From contig CDROCS010001295.1 in NCBI GenBank assembly GCA_977020255.1, forward strand, positions 1 to 64,000: a stretch of DNA of 64,000 nt. Direction: 5' to 3'. The stretch comes from Obrimoposthia wandeli. Taxonomy: Eukaryota. Positions 31,246-42,437 of the stretch are shown one piece after another. The notes beneath the pieces were generated by a model. The model worked only from the letters and a program-made list of their open reading frames with translations. It did no database searches and was not told where the DNA came from. The position numbers and the translations under genes were made by a program. Positions within the stretch are counted from its first letter, which is position 1. Every line of letters starts with the position of its first letter.

Positions 31246-33774
31246 TTAAGCGTAAAAATCAACTAATGATAATGTTCCTTGAGTATTCAGCGGATTTACA
31301 GGGCCTTCTATATCATTTTGACTGACATAACCTGCAGACTTTTGCTGATCTGAATCTGCAGACTGCTTATTATTGCTATTTTGATCGTTTACAGATGACT
31401 CTCCCAAATTAATACCCTGTTCTTCGAGCATTTCTCGTAATCTAGGCAACTGTTGATCTAATGCATCTCTAACAGAAGCATGGGGCGAGCTAAACGCAAC
31501 ACTCATTTGTTGATCAGGCCCCGTCACTTGTAGTCTAATTTGTAATGCACCAAGCTCTGGCGGGTCCAAATGGATATTGGCCACTCTTAAATTTTGCGAT
31601 GCTGCAATATACACTTTATCAGCGACAGCTTTTCCCCAGTTCTTAGAAGTAGGGGGCGTACCTGGCGGCATTTGCATTTGCACTGGGTTAGTACTACGTA
31701 TACCTCCTTGCAAGCTTGCTAGCTGCGCAAGCCCTTCACTCGCTGCAACTGATTTGATAATACTACTTGTATTACCCTTCTCTGATTCTTCTGAGTTCCT
31801 CACACCGTTGCCAATAACACCTGATTCTATTCCCGCCCGCATTTTCTCAAGGGACTGATTCAAAGCCATGCTCTGATCTAAAACTACAGGGGACGCAACT
31901 GTTACGGTATTAGTACCTAAACTAGATTGAGCAATAGAAGGATCAAATCGCCTTGCTTCAAAATTGTTTGGTAATTTCGCAGGTTCATTAGCAGCTTGAT
32001 CAACTGAGTTTCTTGAATCAATTGCCAAGTTAATGCCATTATTGGTGTTTACTATTGGCGTATTGTTAGGATTAAGCGCTGCTGTTCTCTCTGCTTGGCT
32101 AGCTATGGAGATACTATCAACAACATTATTACTGCCTGTTAATCCTTGAGAACCAATACTTTTAGAACTTATGCCTCCAGAATCAATACTATTAGACTTT
32201 TGGGGTGGTCTAAACACTGGCGCTGTTAAACCGACCTCGCTATTAGTTATTGGTCTATCTGCTATATTGCTTATGACAGCTCCAGCTAAATCACTTATTC
32301 TAGCAAGATTAACATTACCTTCAATACCTTGGGAGGCTGCTGCATTGACTTGATTAACAAGTTTATCTGTATTTACAGCGACACTTTGTAATTCAAGATT
32401 GGGTTTAGCAGTCGTTAGCTTAGTATTGTCAATCTCAATATTTGTTTTGTCACTGGCTGGGCTGTTTTGAACTGCGCTATTTTTCAACGAGCTATCTTGA
32501 TCTGTTTTGGTTGTTTTTATGACATTTTGAGCAATATTATTATTTGGCTGCGCAGAAGGCTTCGCAGCTTCATTATTAGTAACAGTGTTTACTTTCAATG
32601 AGATCTTTTCTTCAGTGCTTAAATTTTTGTCATTTACTGTAGGGGTGCCTAGTCGTTGCGCCTCATTTGTCGCTATGCTGCTTACATTAGGCACCATATC
32701 CGTAACCAAATTTGAATTGGTATTGATGATTTTAACTTCTTGAGTAATAGTTGCATTCGCTGGCAAAGACGTATTAGCGGTATTTTCAGATACAACACTA
32801 ACATTTACTTTAGTGTTATCATTCATTGAAGCGGTTTGCATCGAAAGCTCGGCGCTTGTAGCTCGAGCGGTAGCAGCAAAACTATCTACATTTGCTTTAA
32901 CTTCTGCTGGTTTATCAAAGTTTTCCGCTGAACTAGCAATAGGGGTTATTGCACGTGTCGCTGCAAGGTTATCCACACTTGTTTTAACACCTACTACCTT
33001 ATCAAAGCCGGCCACTGAATTATCTGTAGTGTTTATTACACGCGCAGCAGCAAGATTACCCAAATTTGTTTTAACATCTATTACTTTATCAAAGCCAGCC
33101 ACTAAAATATCTGTAGTGCTTGTTAAACGTGTAGCTGCAAGACTATCTACACTTGTATTAATTTCTGCAATTTTATCTAAATTTGCCGCTAAACTATCTA
33201 TTGGATTTAAAGGGGTAGCTGGCACTGAAAAATTAGCGTTATTTTGATTATTCAAGTGGGTAACGTCTATATTTTGCCCCGTTAAGCTAGATTTTAGACT
33301 ACTAAGCTTTAACTCTGAAACATTTTCAACTTCTAGGCTTTGCGGCAATTCATCACCTTTTGGTGGCAAACTGTGACCATTATCTTGTTGGAGAGCATTT
33401 ATATTTTGCTGAGAGTTTAGTTCCGCTTCTGAACGACGCTCCACTTCTTTATTATTCTTTGTGGTAGTCGTTTGTTGTGATTGCTGCTCCGAAGCTTTAG
33501 CAGTGTTTGTATCTTTTGCATTTAGGCTACTGCTGCGCTCAGAATTATTAGAGGAAGATGAAAACTTATCATTAACAGTTGATTTTATTGATTTTTTTTC
33601 GTTATCACTGGCTAAATCATGACTTTTTCTTGCAGAATTTGATTGAGATGCATTATGTAGTTCTGTTTTAAAAGCACCACTATTAGAATGCGACACATTA
33701 CTGACCGAAGCAGATTTTGGAGTAATAAATTCTGTTGGCGACCCTATAGAAACGGGAAGAGTTGGCACTGCCAT
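31246..33774 (-). CDS. fliK: Flagellar hook-length control protein, unusually long (842 aa)
   Basis: C-terminal T3S4 domain IHLDPPELGALQIRL...VRDALDQQLPRLREML, terminal LVDFYA; long S/T/N-rich N-terminal region. Confidence 0.95.
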   Translation of the reverse strand: MAVPTLPVSIGSPTEFITPKSASVSNVSHSNSGAFKTELHNASQSNSARKSHDLASDNEKKSIKSTVNDKFSSSSNNSERSSSLNAKDTNTAKASEQQSQQTTTTKNNKEVERRSEAELNSQQNINALQQDNGHSLPPKGDELPQSLEVENVSELKLSSLKSSLTGQNIDVTHLNNQNNANFSVPATPLNPIDSLAANLDKIAEINTSVDSLAATRLTSTTDILVAGFDKVIDVKTNLGNLAAARVINTTDNSVAGFDKVVGVKTSVDNLAATRAITPIASSAENFDKPAEVKANVDSFAATARATSAELSMQTASMNDNTKVNVSVVSENTANTSLPANATITQEVKIINTNSNLVTDMVPNVSSIATNEAQRLGTPTVNDKNLSTEEKISLKVNTVTNNEAAKPSAQPNNNIAQNVIKTTKTDQDSSLKNSAVQNSPASDKTNIEIDNTKLTTAKPNLELQSVAVNTDKLVNQVNAAASQGIEGNVNLARISDLAGAVISNIADRPITNSEVGLTAPVFRPPQKSNSIDSGGISSKSIGSQGLTGSNNVVDSISIASQAERTAALNPNNTPIVNTNNGINLAIDSRNSVDQAANEPAKLPNNFEARRFDPSIAQSSLGTNTVTVASPVVLDQSMALNQSLEKMRAGIESGVIGNGVRNSEESEKGNTSSIIKSVAASEGLAQLASLQGGIRSTNPVQMQMPPGTPPTSKNWGKAVADKVYIAASQNLRVANIHLDPPELGALQIRLQVTGPDQQMSVAFSSPHASVRDALDQQLPRLREMLEEQGINLGESSVNDQNSNNKQSADSDQQKSAGYVSQNDIEGPVNPLNTQGTLSLVDFYA
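32860..33201 (-). repeat. 87-bp (29-aa) degenerate tandem repeat inside fliK: 3 full and 2 partial units
   Basis: TTATCAAAG recurs at 32912, 32999 and 33086. Protein units: VDSLAATRLTSTTDILVAGFDKVIDVKTN / LGNLAAARVINTTDNSVAGFDKVVGVKTS / VDNLAATRAITPIASSAENFDKPAEVKAN. Confidence 0.9.
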
Positions 33775-33809
33775 AGCATTATCCTAAAAATGTTAAATAT
33801 ACTTAACAA

Positions 33810-33825
33810 AGCAATTTTAATGCCA
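33810..33825 (-). promoter_or_regulatory. Sigma54 promoter of fliK
   Basis: Minus strand TGGCAT-TAAAA-TTGCT, 36 nt upstream of the ATG. Confidence 0.8.
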
Positions 33826-33975
33826 GATGATAAATTATTCCGATTTTAGACGCTTTCAACCCTATTACTAGTCACGCTTCTGTATCTTCTTTGTAAATCA
33901 GACTATTACTAGAAAGCAATAAAAATATCTTCTACTTATTTTAATCGCTTACTGAACACCTAACATGGACAAAAC

Positions 33976-34431
33976 TTATAAATCTATAAATTTTTTAGTA
34001 ATATTTAACTGAGAAGCCTCATCTATTAATTTTTGCAGCGACTTATCCGCTTGCTGCTGCTCTTTGTTCTTCACTTTGATTATGAGCGAATCCACCGCAT
34101 TTCGCCTAGCGTAAACCTTCATCCAATACTGCCGCACCCCTGCTAGCTGTTCTGTGTTTACCTTCATGGCAGCTTTATGCTGATCAATCACTGTACCAAT
34201 TTTATTCATAAATGCTTGATAACTTGTTAATTGTGCAACAGTAATACCTTGTTTACATGTCACCTGATACTGTGTTTGGTATTCACTAAGATACGTTTCA
34301 AGTTGCACTAATTGAGTTTTATCGCTCTCAACTCTTTTAATATGATCAGCAAGAAACTTGTCAGCCTGCTGCTTCTTCCTGTCCTCTAAATCCATTACGA
34401 CAGATAACCTTGAAGAGCGTTTCTTTTTCAT
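33976..34431 (-). CDS. fliJ: Flagellar export chaperone FliJ
   Basis: [23 protein letters not shown]; overlaps the fliI stop. Confidence 0.93.
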   Translation of the reverse strand: MKKKRSSRLSVVMDLEDRKKQQADKFLADHIKRVESDKTQLVQLETYLSEYQTQYQVTCKQGITVAQLTSYQAFMNKIGTVIDQHKAAMKVNTEQLAGVRQYWMKVYARRNAVDSLIIKVKNKEQQQADKSLQKLIDEASQLNITKKFIDL

Positions 34432-35792
34432 CGTGGGACTTCAGTTTTAGCAGCTACGGGCTCAACAGGCTGTAATGCTACCTGCAGCCACTGTTGACTT
34501 TCACGCATACTAACTGACTCGCGCAAGCCTTGTTGCAAGAATTTTCGCATGGTTGGCATAGAACTAATAGCAACATCAGTATCAGCATCACTGCCCGCGA
34601 CATAAGCGCCGATAGCGATTAAATCTTCATTTTGCGTGAACTTAGACATCAACTGCCTAAAACGCATTGCTGATAGCAATTGCTGTTCATCGACTATTTG
34701 CGGCATTGCACGACTAATAGATGCCTCTATATCTATGGCTGGATAATGACCTTGCTCTGCCAAGCTTCTTGATAATACGATATGACCGTCTAATATAGCT
34801 CTTGCGGCATCTGCAATAGGGTCCTGTTGGTCATCTCCCTCAGTCAACACAGTATAAAACGCTGTAATTGAGCCTTTACCAGTAGCATCATTACCGGCTC
34901 TTTCGACCAATTTTGGTAATTTGGAAAACACAGATGGCGGATAACCTTTTGTCGCTGGAGGCTCTCCAATCGCCAAAGCAATTTCTCGCTGGGCTTGTGC
35001 ATAACGTGTCAACGAATCAACTAGTAATAATACACTTTTACCTTGCTCTCGGTAGTATTCTGCAATGCGCGTACATAACTGTGATGCCCGCAAGCGCATT
35101 AAGGGGGATTCATCAGCTGGAGATGCAACAACAACAGCCTTTGCCATCCCTTCTTTTCCTAAATTATGCTCAATAAACTCTTTTACTTCTCTTCCACGCT
35201 CTCCGATCAAACCAACTACTGTAATATCAGCATCAGTAGAGCGCGTCATCATGCCTAATAACACTGATTTACCTACACCTGAACCTGCAAACAAACCGAT
35301 GCGCTGGCCCTTTCCTACTGTCAACAAAGCATTAATAGCCCTGATTCCGACATTCAAAGGCTCACTAATTGGATACCTATCCAAGGGGTTTATGGTTTCT
35401 CCAGCTAACGAAACTCTACGTTCTATATCAAGTTCACCCAATGAATCTAGAGGCTCACCAACCCCATTTATGACCCTACCTAGTAAACCGTTACCAACGG
35501 GTACTTCTCTAGCTGCTCCTAACGGCACTACCCTAGCGCCTGCAACTAAACCTTCAACAGGCTGCAGCGGCATTAAAAAAATACTATCCCCTGAGAACCC
35601 AACCACTTCAGCCTCAATTAGAGATTCAGCATTTATTACTATTTGGCAGTTATCACCTATGGCAACTTCCAAACCCCGTGCTTCAATTGTCATACCAATT
35701 AAGCGGACAATGTACCCTTCTATTTTAGGATTAGGGGCATTCAAAGGAGCACTTAAACGCTGTATTTTTTTTAATAAACTCAAGCTATTCAT
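34428..35792 (-). CDS. fliI: Flagellar export ATPase
   Basis: Walker [37 protein letters not shown]. Confidence 0.98.
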   Translation of the reverse strand: MNSLSLLKKIQRLSAPLNAPNPKIEGYIVRLIGMTIEARGLEVAIGDNCQIVINAESLIEAEVVGFSGDSIFLMPLQPVEGLVAGARVVPLGAAREVPVGNGLLGRVINGVGEPLDSLGELDIERRVSLAGETINPLDRYPISEPLNVGIRAINALLTVGKGQRIGLFAGSGVGKSVLLGMMTRSTDADITVVGLIGERGREVKEFIEHNLGKEGMAKAVVVASPADESPLMRLRASQLCTRIAEYYREQGKSVLLLVDSLTRYAQAQREIALAIGEPPATKGYPPSVFSKLPKLVERAGNDATGKGSITAFYTVLTEGDDQQDPIADAARAILDGHIVLSRSLAEQGHYPAIDIEASISRAMPQIVDEQQLLSAMRFRQLMSKFTQNEDLIAIGAYVAGSDADTDVAISSMPTMRKFLQQGLRESVSMRESQQWLQVALQPVEPVAAKTEVPR

Positions 35793-36041
35793 CCGTTTTT
35801 TCTACATAGATAGGGCTAATAAAATAAATGCGTATACACTGCTCGAAACTTATACCAACAATTTCAACTCTTAAAGGTAAAAATTTTTTCGGTTTGATAC
35901 TAACAAGACGCATGAAATTTAAAGTGAGTTGATTATCTATAAGGCAGGCATTACACACACTAAAAATTTGTTTCTAACAGAACTGAAATTCTAATAATTT
36001 TTGCTAAGGAGAGAGGAAACCAACAAATCAAGTATAGATAA

Positions 36042-36824
36042 TTATTTAGCAGTTTCACCTTCTGTAAGAAGATCAACAGGATCTGCATACAAACGCTCAT
36101 ATAACGCTTCTACCACCTCCTGAAAACGAGTATCCAATTGATATTCTATTAAGCTAGCGCCAGTGCTGATAGTACAGCCACCTTGTGATATATCATCATC
36201 AGATACTACTTGCCAATGAGAATAGCGTCTTGGAATAGCATCTTCTATAACATCCCTATCCTCAGGATTGACATTGATAACGACTTCTTTTGCTTGTTTA
36301 GGCAATAACTCTAGGGCTTTCGCGAAAGCTTTACTAATAATCTCAGGATTAGATTTCACCTCAAAATCAATCACCGCTGCTGCTACATGCTCTACCATCT
36401 CAACCATGAGCTCCGCTACTTTATCTCGCTGCTGCTCCAAAGGATCTTGTAAAGAATCGATTGCAGCACAAAGTGTCGAAACATGGGCGTCAATTTTAAC
36501 TTGGCCATTTTCTAGGCCTTGCTGCTCTCCTCTTTGCGATCCTTCTTTCTCACCAAAGATATAGCCATCTTCACTACCTTTAGCAAAGCCCTCTTCATAT
36601 GCCTGTTCACGAATGGTTTCTATTTCAGCTAAAGTAAGATGTGCAGCGGAGTCAACCTCATCTTCCAACACAGTGATACTATCATCTTCAACAGTCACGG
36701 CATGTTGCTTTTCTTCTAAACCAACAATATGACTACTGCCCACTTCCGGCAGCACCCAAGAAGCAAAATGCACATCATTATCCTGTTCAGATGCACGAAT
36801 TCTGATTGGTTGTTTTTCGGACAT
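36042..36824 (-). CDS. fliH: Flagellar assembly protein FliH
   Basis: LTLAEIETIREQAYEEG with GxxxG repeats, INVNPED, ISQGGCTI. Confidence 0.96.
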   Translation of the reverse strand: MSEKQPIRIRASEQDNDVHFASWVLPEVGSSHIVGLEEKQHAVTVEDDSITVLEDEVDSAAHLTLAEIETIREQAYEEGFAKGSEDGYIFGEKEGSQRGEQQGLENGQVKIDAHVSTLCAAIDSLQDPLEQQRDKVAELMVEMVEHVAAAVIDFEVKSNPEIISKAFAKALELLPKQAKEVVINVNPEDRDVIEDAIPRRYSHWQVVSDDDISQGGCTISTGASLIEYQLDTRFQEVVEALYERLYADPVDLLTEGETAK

Positions 36825-37046
36825 ACGCAATAATTCTCAATACTAATCAAACAAATTACAATCAATATAGCAGGCTTAAAATTTTATTTTCCAGACCTAA
36901 CCATAACGTATTTATGGATCTATATACTTTGTAGTAATCCCTAAATATATAAAGCAGCTTTAAACGAAAAACATAATATTCAATACTCCCTAGATTAAGA
37001 GAGTTTTTTGAATCAAAATCATTCCTGTTCATTAAGGAATAATCGT

Positions 37047-38051
37047 TTAGACCATATCTTCGCCACTTCCGAGCATTATTTCACCATCATCTGCTAACTT
37101 TCTTGCGATTGCCAAAATATCCTTTTGGGCATCCTCTACATCAGCCATTCGCACAGGCCCTTTAGCCTCTAATTCATCGCGCAGCAAATCAGCGGCACGC
37201 TTAGACATATTTTTAAATATTTTCTCTTGCATTGCGCTATCTGCGCCTTTTAGAGCAATAACTAACTGATCTGTTTGAATTTCACGCATCATTACTTGAA
37301 TACCACGATCATCCACATCAATAAGGTTTTCAAAAACAAACATCAAATCTGCAATTTGGTCAGCCAAACCTTCATCAACCTCTTTTATACCACCCATTAC
37401 TTCTTCTTCAAGCTTGGAATCGATATAGTTCATTATATTAGAAGTTTGCTTAACCCCACCTAGCGTTCTTGAAGACTGCCCACTACCACCGCTAAACTGC
37501 TGCTCAAGCATGTCATTTAATTCTTGTAACGCCACGGGCTGAATCCGATCAAGAGAAGCTATACGCAAAATAATATCCAAACGGACTTTATCATCAAAAT
37601 AACCCAGCACACTTGCCGCTTGATCTGGATCGATATAAGACATTACTACCGCTTGGATCTGTGGGTGCTCATAGCGAATTAATTCGGCAACTTGTAAAGG
37701 CTCCATCCAACGTAAAGTGTCTAAACCTGATGTATTGGTATTCATTAAAATGCGATCAATCAAAGTTTTAGCTTTTTCATCGCCTAAAGCTTGATTTAGC
37801 ATTCGTCTAATGTATTTATCGTTGTGGATACCAATCCCAGTTTGATCGCTAACCAAATGCATAAAATCCGACACTACTGACTCAACACTGGTTTGAGCTA
37901 CGTTATCTAAATTAGACATAGCCACACCAATTTGCTGCACTTCCTTAGGCCCTAAATGACGAAGCACTTCCGCAGCATCATCTTCGCCTAAACTGATCAT
38001 CAAAATAGCCGCTTTTTCAATGTCCGTCAGTTCTATATCTATATCACTCAT
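37047..38051 (-). CDS. fliG: Flagellar motor switch protein FliG
   Basis: KAAILMISLG, EHPQIQA, MFVFENL, FKNMSKRAA. Confidence 0.98.
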   Translation of the reverse strand: MSDIDIELTDIEKAAILMISLGEDDAAEVLRHLGPKEVQQIGVAMSNLDNVAQTSVESVVSDFMHLVSDQTGIGIHNDKYIRRMLNQALGDEKAKTLIDRILMNTNTSGLDTLRWMEPLQVAELIRYEHPQIQAVVMSYIDPDQAASVLGYFDDKVRLDIILRIASLDRIQPVALQELNDMLEQQFSGGSGQSSRTLGGVKQTSNIMNYIDSKLEEEVMGGIKEVDEGLADQIADLMFVFENLIDVDDRGIQVMMREIQTDQLVIALKGADSAMQEKIFKNMSKRAADLLRDELEAKGPVRMADVEDAQKDILAIARKLADDGEIMLGSGEDMV

Positions 38052-39714
38052 CTTCTTTTACCCACTGTTTAACAGCTTGCGCTACGCGAGCAGGATCTTC
38101 AGCAATCATACTTTTCACAGAGTTTACTTGATAATCGTAACTTTCATTAGGTGTTGGCAGCAAACCGTCATCTCTACCACCGAACGTAACTGAATCATCT
38201 GAGATATCATCAGCATTTAACCCCTCTAACTCAGCAGCTACTTCTCCAGCAGCCCCCATACCTAGACCGGCAGCGTGCGTTCCGCTTGAAACTAAGTTTT
38301 TCAAAATTGGCCGCAATATGCCAAACACCATTAATAACAAGAATACTCCTGCACCGACCTGTTTTGCAATATCCCATACCCAGGCCTGCATATAAATAGG
38401 TATTTCTTCATCTATCAAAGGTATTTCCGGCACGAAAGCCGAGTTAACTACACTCACTACATCCCCACGTTGTGCAGAATAACCAACCGTGCTTTTTACT
38501 AGTATTCTTAAACGTTCTATATCGGCTTCCGCCCATGGTTGAGTTTCAACCACACCCTCTGCACCTTGAACGACCAAATCATCAATAACAACCGCAACGG
38601 TCAGCCGACTCACTCGCCCCATTTGCTGCTTTGTGTACGAAATACTTCTATCTAACTCATAGTTTTTAGTAGCCTGTTTGCGATTACTTCCTGGAGTAAC
38701 ACCACCCTCACCACCTGCACCACCGTTCGCCACTTCAGGCACACTACTAGGCCCTGGAGGCTGATTTGACAATGCTCCGGGAATACCTTGCGGAGCTTTA
38801 GCACCAACGCGGCTTTCGTCTAGAGTTTGCTCACTTCTAAGCGCCGGTAAATCAGAATTATATAATTCTTCTGTTTGCTCTACTGCAGTGAAATCTATTT
38901 CTGCAGAAACTTGAGCCCTGAATCGCCCTTGCCCCACCACTGGAAGCAAAATATTATTAACGCTCTCCAAAAAATTTTGTTCAATTTTCAAACTATATTC
39001 AAGTTGCTTACCTGCCAGTAACAGGCCTTTATTACTCTCTTTTGCATTAAGCATTCGACCGCGCTGATCGACTACAGTAACATTTTTTTCACTTAAAGAG
39101 CTTATAGATGAAGCGACTAAATTGGCTATCGCTGCAACTTGATCATTGTCTAATTTTCGCCCCGAAAACAGCTCTATAAAAACAGACGCGGTTGGCTCTT
39201 TACGCTCCCGAACAAAAACGGATTCTTTGGGTATTGCTAGGTGGACACGAGCATGTCTAACAGCAACTAAGCTCGATATAGTTCTTGCCAATTCCCCTTC
39301 CAAACCTCTGCGATAACGCGCACTTTCCATAAACTGACTTGAGCCTAAACTGTCAGTATTATCCATAATTTCAAAGCCTACAGTTTTATCAAAACTGATA
39401 CCATCCGCCGCTAACTGCAACCTAGCCTGACTTACATTTTCTTCGGGTACTAAAATAGCCCGTCCATCAGCCTCAAAGGTATAGGGAATATTATAGGTTT
39501 TCAATTGTTCTATAACTTGGTTGGCATCAGCAAAAGATAAATTTGAAAACAATACTCTTTTATCCGGCGCTTTCGACCACAAGACAATAGCGAAGCCTAT
39601 CGCTATACTTGCGGCCAATCCCACCATAAGGCCCAATTGACGCATTAAAGATAGCTTATTAAAGCCGACCATAATGTCGCCCTTAGCTACCTGTGTTTCA
39701 ATTGTTTCAGCCAT
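38044..39714 (-). CDS. fliF: Flagellar MS-ring protein
   Basis: Two TMs, GFEIMD, RGLEGELARTI, ARVHLAIPKESVF. Confidence 0.98.
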   Translation of the reverse strand: MAETIETQVAKGDIMVGFNKLSLMRQLGLMVGLAASIAIGFAIVLWSKAPDKRVLFSNLSFADANQVIEQLKTYNIPYTFEADGRAILVPEENVSQARLQLAADGISFDKTVGFEIMDNTDSLGSSQFMESARYRRGLEGELARTISSLVAVRHARVHLAIPKESVFVRERKEPTASVFIELFSGRKLDNDQVAAIANLVASSISSLSEKNVTVVDQRGRMLNAKESNKGLLLAGKQLEYSLKIEQNFLESVNNILLPVVGQGRFRAQVSAEIDFTAVEQTEELYNSDLPALRSEQTLDESRVGAKAPQGIPGALSNQPPGPSSVPEVANGGAGGEGGVTPGSNRKQATKNYELDRSISYTKQQMGRVSRLTVAVVIDDLVVQGAEGVVETQPWAEADIERLRILVKSTVGYSAQRGDVVSVVNSAFVPEIPLIDEEIPIYMQAWVWDIAKQVGAGVFLLLMVFGILRPILKNLVSSGTHAAGLGMGAAGEVAAELEGLNADDISDDSVTFGGRDDGLLPTPNESYDYQVNSVKSMIAEDPARVAQAVKQWVKEDE

Positions 39715-39766
39715 TACATTTCAACTCTAATTATCTTTTCAAATTCAATCTTGATATTTACTGCCA

Positions 39767-40114
39767 TTAAATTGGCATTTTCATAACATCTTCATACGCA
39801 CTTACAAGCTTATTACGTACTTGAGCCATTGCTTCAAAAGCAACTGAGGATTTTTGCATACTAATCATTACTTGGGTTAGCTCCACATTAGGATCACCCT
39901 TTTCGTATGCTGTTGCTAAATTTTTTGTCACAGCTTGGGTATCATTAACTTTATCAACCGCTGTTTTCAGTAACTGTCCAAAATCTGACTTCTCCACGGC
40001 GGGCACTTGGCCATCATTCCCTGCAAAATTAACATTTGGAATTTGATGCTGAGCTTGTGCTTTAATTGCGCGCATTTGCATCAAAACACTATTGATATCG
40101 GTACGTTCTATCAT
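39767..40114 (-). CDS. fliE: Flagellar hook-basal body protein FliE
   Basis: VMISMQKSSVAFEAMAQVRNKLVSAYEDVMKMPI. Confidence 0.98.
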   Translation of the reverse strand: MIERTDINSVLMQMRAIKAQAQHQIPNVNFAGNDGQVPAVEKSDFGQLLKTAVDKVNDTQAVTKNLATAYEKGDPNVELTQVMISMQKSSVAFEAMAQVRNKLVSAYEDVMKMPI

Positions 40115-40134
40115 GTTAACTCCAGGCTTTACCT

Positions 40135-40230
40135 GACAAAATAATGGCAGTTATATGTTGCTAAACGAATATTTTAGCATTATAGCTAATAATGTCAATT
40201 TTTTGGCTTTATTCGCGTCAATAAATAAAC
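40135..40230 (-). promoter_or_regulatory. Three FleQ-type boxes in the fliE leader
   Basis: Plus-strand GACAAAATAATGGC (40135-48), GTCAATTTTTTGGC (40194-207), GTCAATAAATAAAC (40217-30), compared with the P. aeruginosa consensus GTCAnTAAAtTGAC. They lie downstream of the sigma54 site, as reported for fliE/flhA there. Confidence 0.6.
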
Positions 40231-40253
40231 GTTGTATAATTATAATTTAAAAT

Positions 40254-40269
40254 AGCAATTATTGTGCCA
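40254..40269 (-). promoter_or_regulatory. Sigma54 promoter of the fliE operon
   Basis: Minus strand TGGCAC-AATAA-TTGCT, a perfect -24/-12 consensus. Confidence 0.88.
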
Positions 40270-40421
40270 GAACTAAAAATAATGGCTTTGCCATATTATT
40301 GACTACTGCAAGTAATGGAAAGAAGGAGGAGAACGGAACTATACATGAAGAATTTATTAAAGAATTTCTGCGATTTTTCTTAGCTATTTTTAATTTTAAC
40401 TGTAAGCTCCGTCTAGCTAAT

Positions 40422-40448
40422 TAAGCAGCACCATTGCGGTACTGCTTA
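40422..40448 (-). terminator. Stem-loop after acs
   Basis: TAAGCAG-C-ACC-ATTGC-GGT-A-CTGCTTA, nested in the outer IR TTTAACTG/CAGTTAAA. Confidence 0.4.
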
Positions 40449-40478
40449 TGACCAGTTAAACCGGACTTGAGACTATCA

Positions 40479-42437
40479 TTACTTTTTAGTGCGATTGCAA
40501 CGATGACTCACCAATTCATCAACGACTGATGGATCAGCTAAAGTTGAAGTATCACCTAAAGCAGAGAAATCATCTTCAGCTATTTTTCGTAAAATTCTAC
40601 GCATAATTTTCCCCGAGCGCGTTTTTGGCATACTCGGTGTAAATTGAATAAAATCAGGTGTTGCAATAGGGCCTATTTGCTTACGTACCCAGTTACGCAG
40701 TTCTGCTAACAATTCATCGCTCGCTTCGTACCCGGACATTAACGTTACATAGATGTAGATGCCTTGCCCTTTTATATCATGAGGATAACCAACAACTGCA
40801 GATTCCGCCACTGCTGGATGCGAAACAAGTGCTGATTCAATTTCAGCAGTGCCCATACGATGACCAGAGACGTTAAGCACGTCATCTACACGCCCTGTTA
40901 TCCAATAATAACCATCCTCATCTCGACGGGCACCATCTCCGGTTGCGTACATGCCGGCAAACATAGCAAAATAAGTTTGTTCAAAACGTTCATGATCTCC
41001 CCAAATCGAGCGAGCTTGAGATGGCCAAGAATCGGCAATAACCAAATTCCCCTCCCCAGCTCCTTCTACAAGCAAGCCATCATTATCAATTAAAGCAGGC
41101 TGAACACCAAAGAAAGGTTTTGTTGCTGATCCAGGCTTAGCATCGATTGCTCCAGGCAATGGCACTATCATGATACCCCCTGTTTCGGTTTGCCACCATG
41201 TATCAACAATTGGGCAACTCCCTTTACCAACAACTCTGTGATACCAGTGCCAAGCTTCAGGGTTTATTGGCTCACCTACCGATCCCAATAATCTTAAGCT
41301 CGATAAATCAGAATTACCCAACACCTCTTCCCCATGCTGCATCATGGCTCGAATAGCAGTGGGTGCAGTGTAGAATTGCGTCACTTTGTGCTTTTCAATT
41401 ACACGCCCGAAGCGGCTATTATCAGGGTAGTTTGGAACTCCCTCAAACATTAATGTCGTCGCGCCATTGGCTAATGGACCATAGACAATATAGCTATGCC
41501 CGGTAATCCAACCCACATCAGCTGTACACCAATACACATCGCCTTCTTTGTAATCAAAAACATATTCGTGGGTCATTGATGTATAAACCATATATCCACC
41601 AGTAGTATGCTCTAACCCCTTAGGCGCACCTGTTGATCCTGATGTGTATAATATAAATAATGGAGCTTCAGCGGATAATTCCGTTGCAGGGCATTCGCTA
41701 GCAATATTTTCTACTAATTCATGATACCAACGATCACGCTCGACATCCCATGCAACATCCTGATCAACATGTTTTACAGCAATAACTCTTTTACAGTACT
41801 GTGCAGCTCCAGGATGATCTAGCGCTATATCTACATTTTCTTTAAGTGGTATCGACTTTCCACCGCGCATCGAATAATTAGCTGTTATCACTAACTTTGA
41901 TTTTGCGCCTTCTATTCTAGAGGCCAAAGCTTCTGGGGAGAAACCACCAAAAACAACTGAATGCACTGCACCAATTCGTGCACAAGCCAGCATAGCGACA
42001 GCAGCTTGCGGTATCATCGGCATATACAGCGTAACCACATCTCCTTGTTCAATGCCTTGCGCTTTCAATGCGTTGGCAAACTTACAAACACGCTCATGTA
42101 ACTGTTTATAGGTAATATATTCTGAGTTATTTGGGTCATCAGCCTCCCAAATAATCGCCGTTTGATCAGCTCTCGTAGCCAAATGTCGATCTAAACAATT
42201 ATACGAAGCATTCAAGGTGCCATCTTCAAACCAATTAATATTAATGTTACCAGGAGCGAAGGAGCAATTTTTAACTTTTGTATAGTCTTTAAACCAATCT
42301 ATTCTTTTACCTTGCTCGCGCCAAAAACTATCTGGGTCAGCAATTGATTGCTGATACATCGCATTATATTTCGTCTGATCGGCTAAGGCATTTTCAGCAA
42401 ACTCTGGGTCTACTTTAAAAATCGTATCGTTACTCAT
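40479..42437 (-). CDS. acs: Acetyl-CoA synthetase (AMP-forming)
   Basis: [38 protein letters not shown], acetylation motif [14 protein letters not shown]. Confidence 0.99.
   Translation of the reverse strand: MSNDTIFKVDPEFAENALADQTKYNAMYQQSIADPDSFWREQGKRIDWFKDYTKVKNCSFAPGNININWFEDGTLNASYNCLDRHLATRADQTAIIWEADDPNNSEYITYKQLHERVCKFANALKAQGIEQGDVVTLYMPMIPQAAVAMLACARIGAVHSVVFGGFSPEALASRIEGAKSKLVITANYSMRGGKSIPLKENVDIALDHPGAAQYCKRVIAVKHVDQDVAWDVERDRWYHELVENIASECPATELSAEAPLFILYTSGSTGAPKGLEHTTGGYMVYTSMTHEYVFDYKEGDVYWCTADVGWITGHSYIVYGPLANGATTLMFEGVPNYPDNSRFGRVIEKHKVTQFYTAPTAIRAMMQHGEEVLGNSDLSSLRLLGSVGEPINPEAWHWYHRVVGKGSCPIVDTWWQTETGGIMIVPLPGAIDAKPGSATKPFFGVQPALIDNDGLLVEGAGEGNLVIADSWPSQARSIWGDHERFEQTYFAMFAGMYATGDGARRDEDGYYWITGRVDDVLNVSGHRMGTAEIESALVSHPAVAESAVVGYPHDIKGQGIYIYVTLMSGYEASDELLAELRNWVRKQIGPIATPDFIQFTPSMPKTRSGKIMRRILRKIAEDDFSALGDTSTLADPSVVDELVSHRCNRTKK

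Noticed and set aside
32813-33247. 144-aa plus-strand repetitive ORF
   Set aside because: Antisense to the fliK 87-bp repeat region; no RBS or independent homology seen.
35065-35874. 269-aa plus-strand ORF
   Set aside because: Antisense to conserved fliI. Such shadow ORFs occur across the window (pdxA, dnaG, rpoD, flhB, fliM, cheA, flhG, fliD) and were all dismissed.
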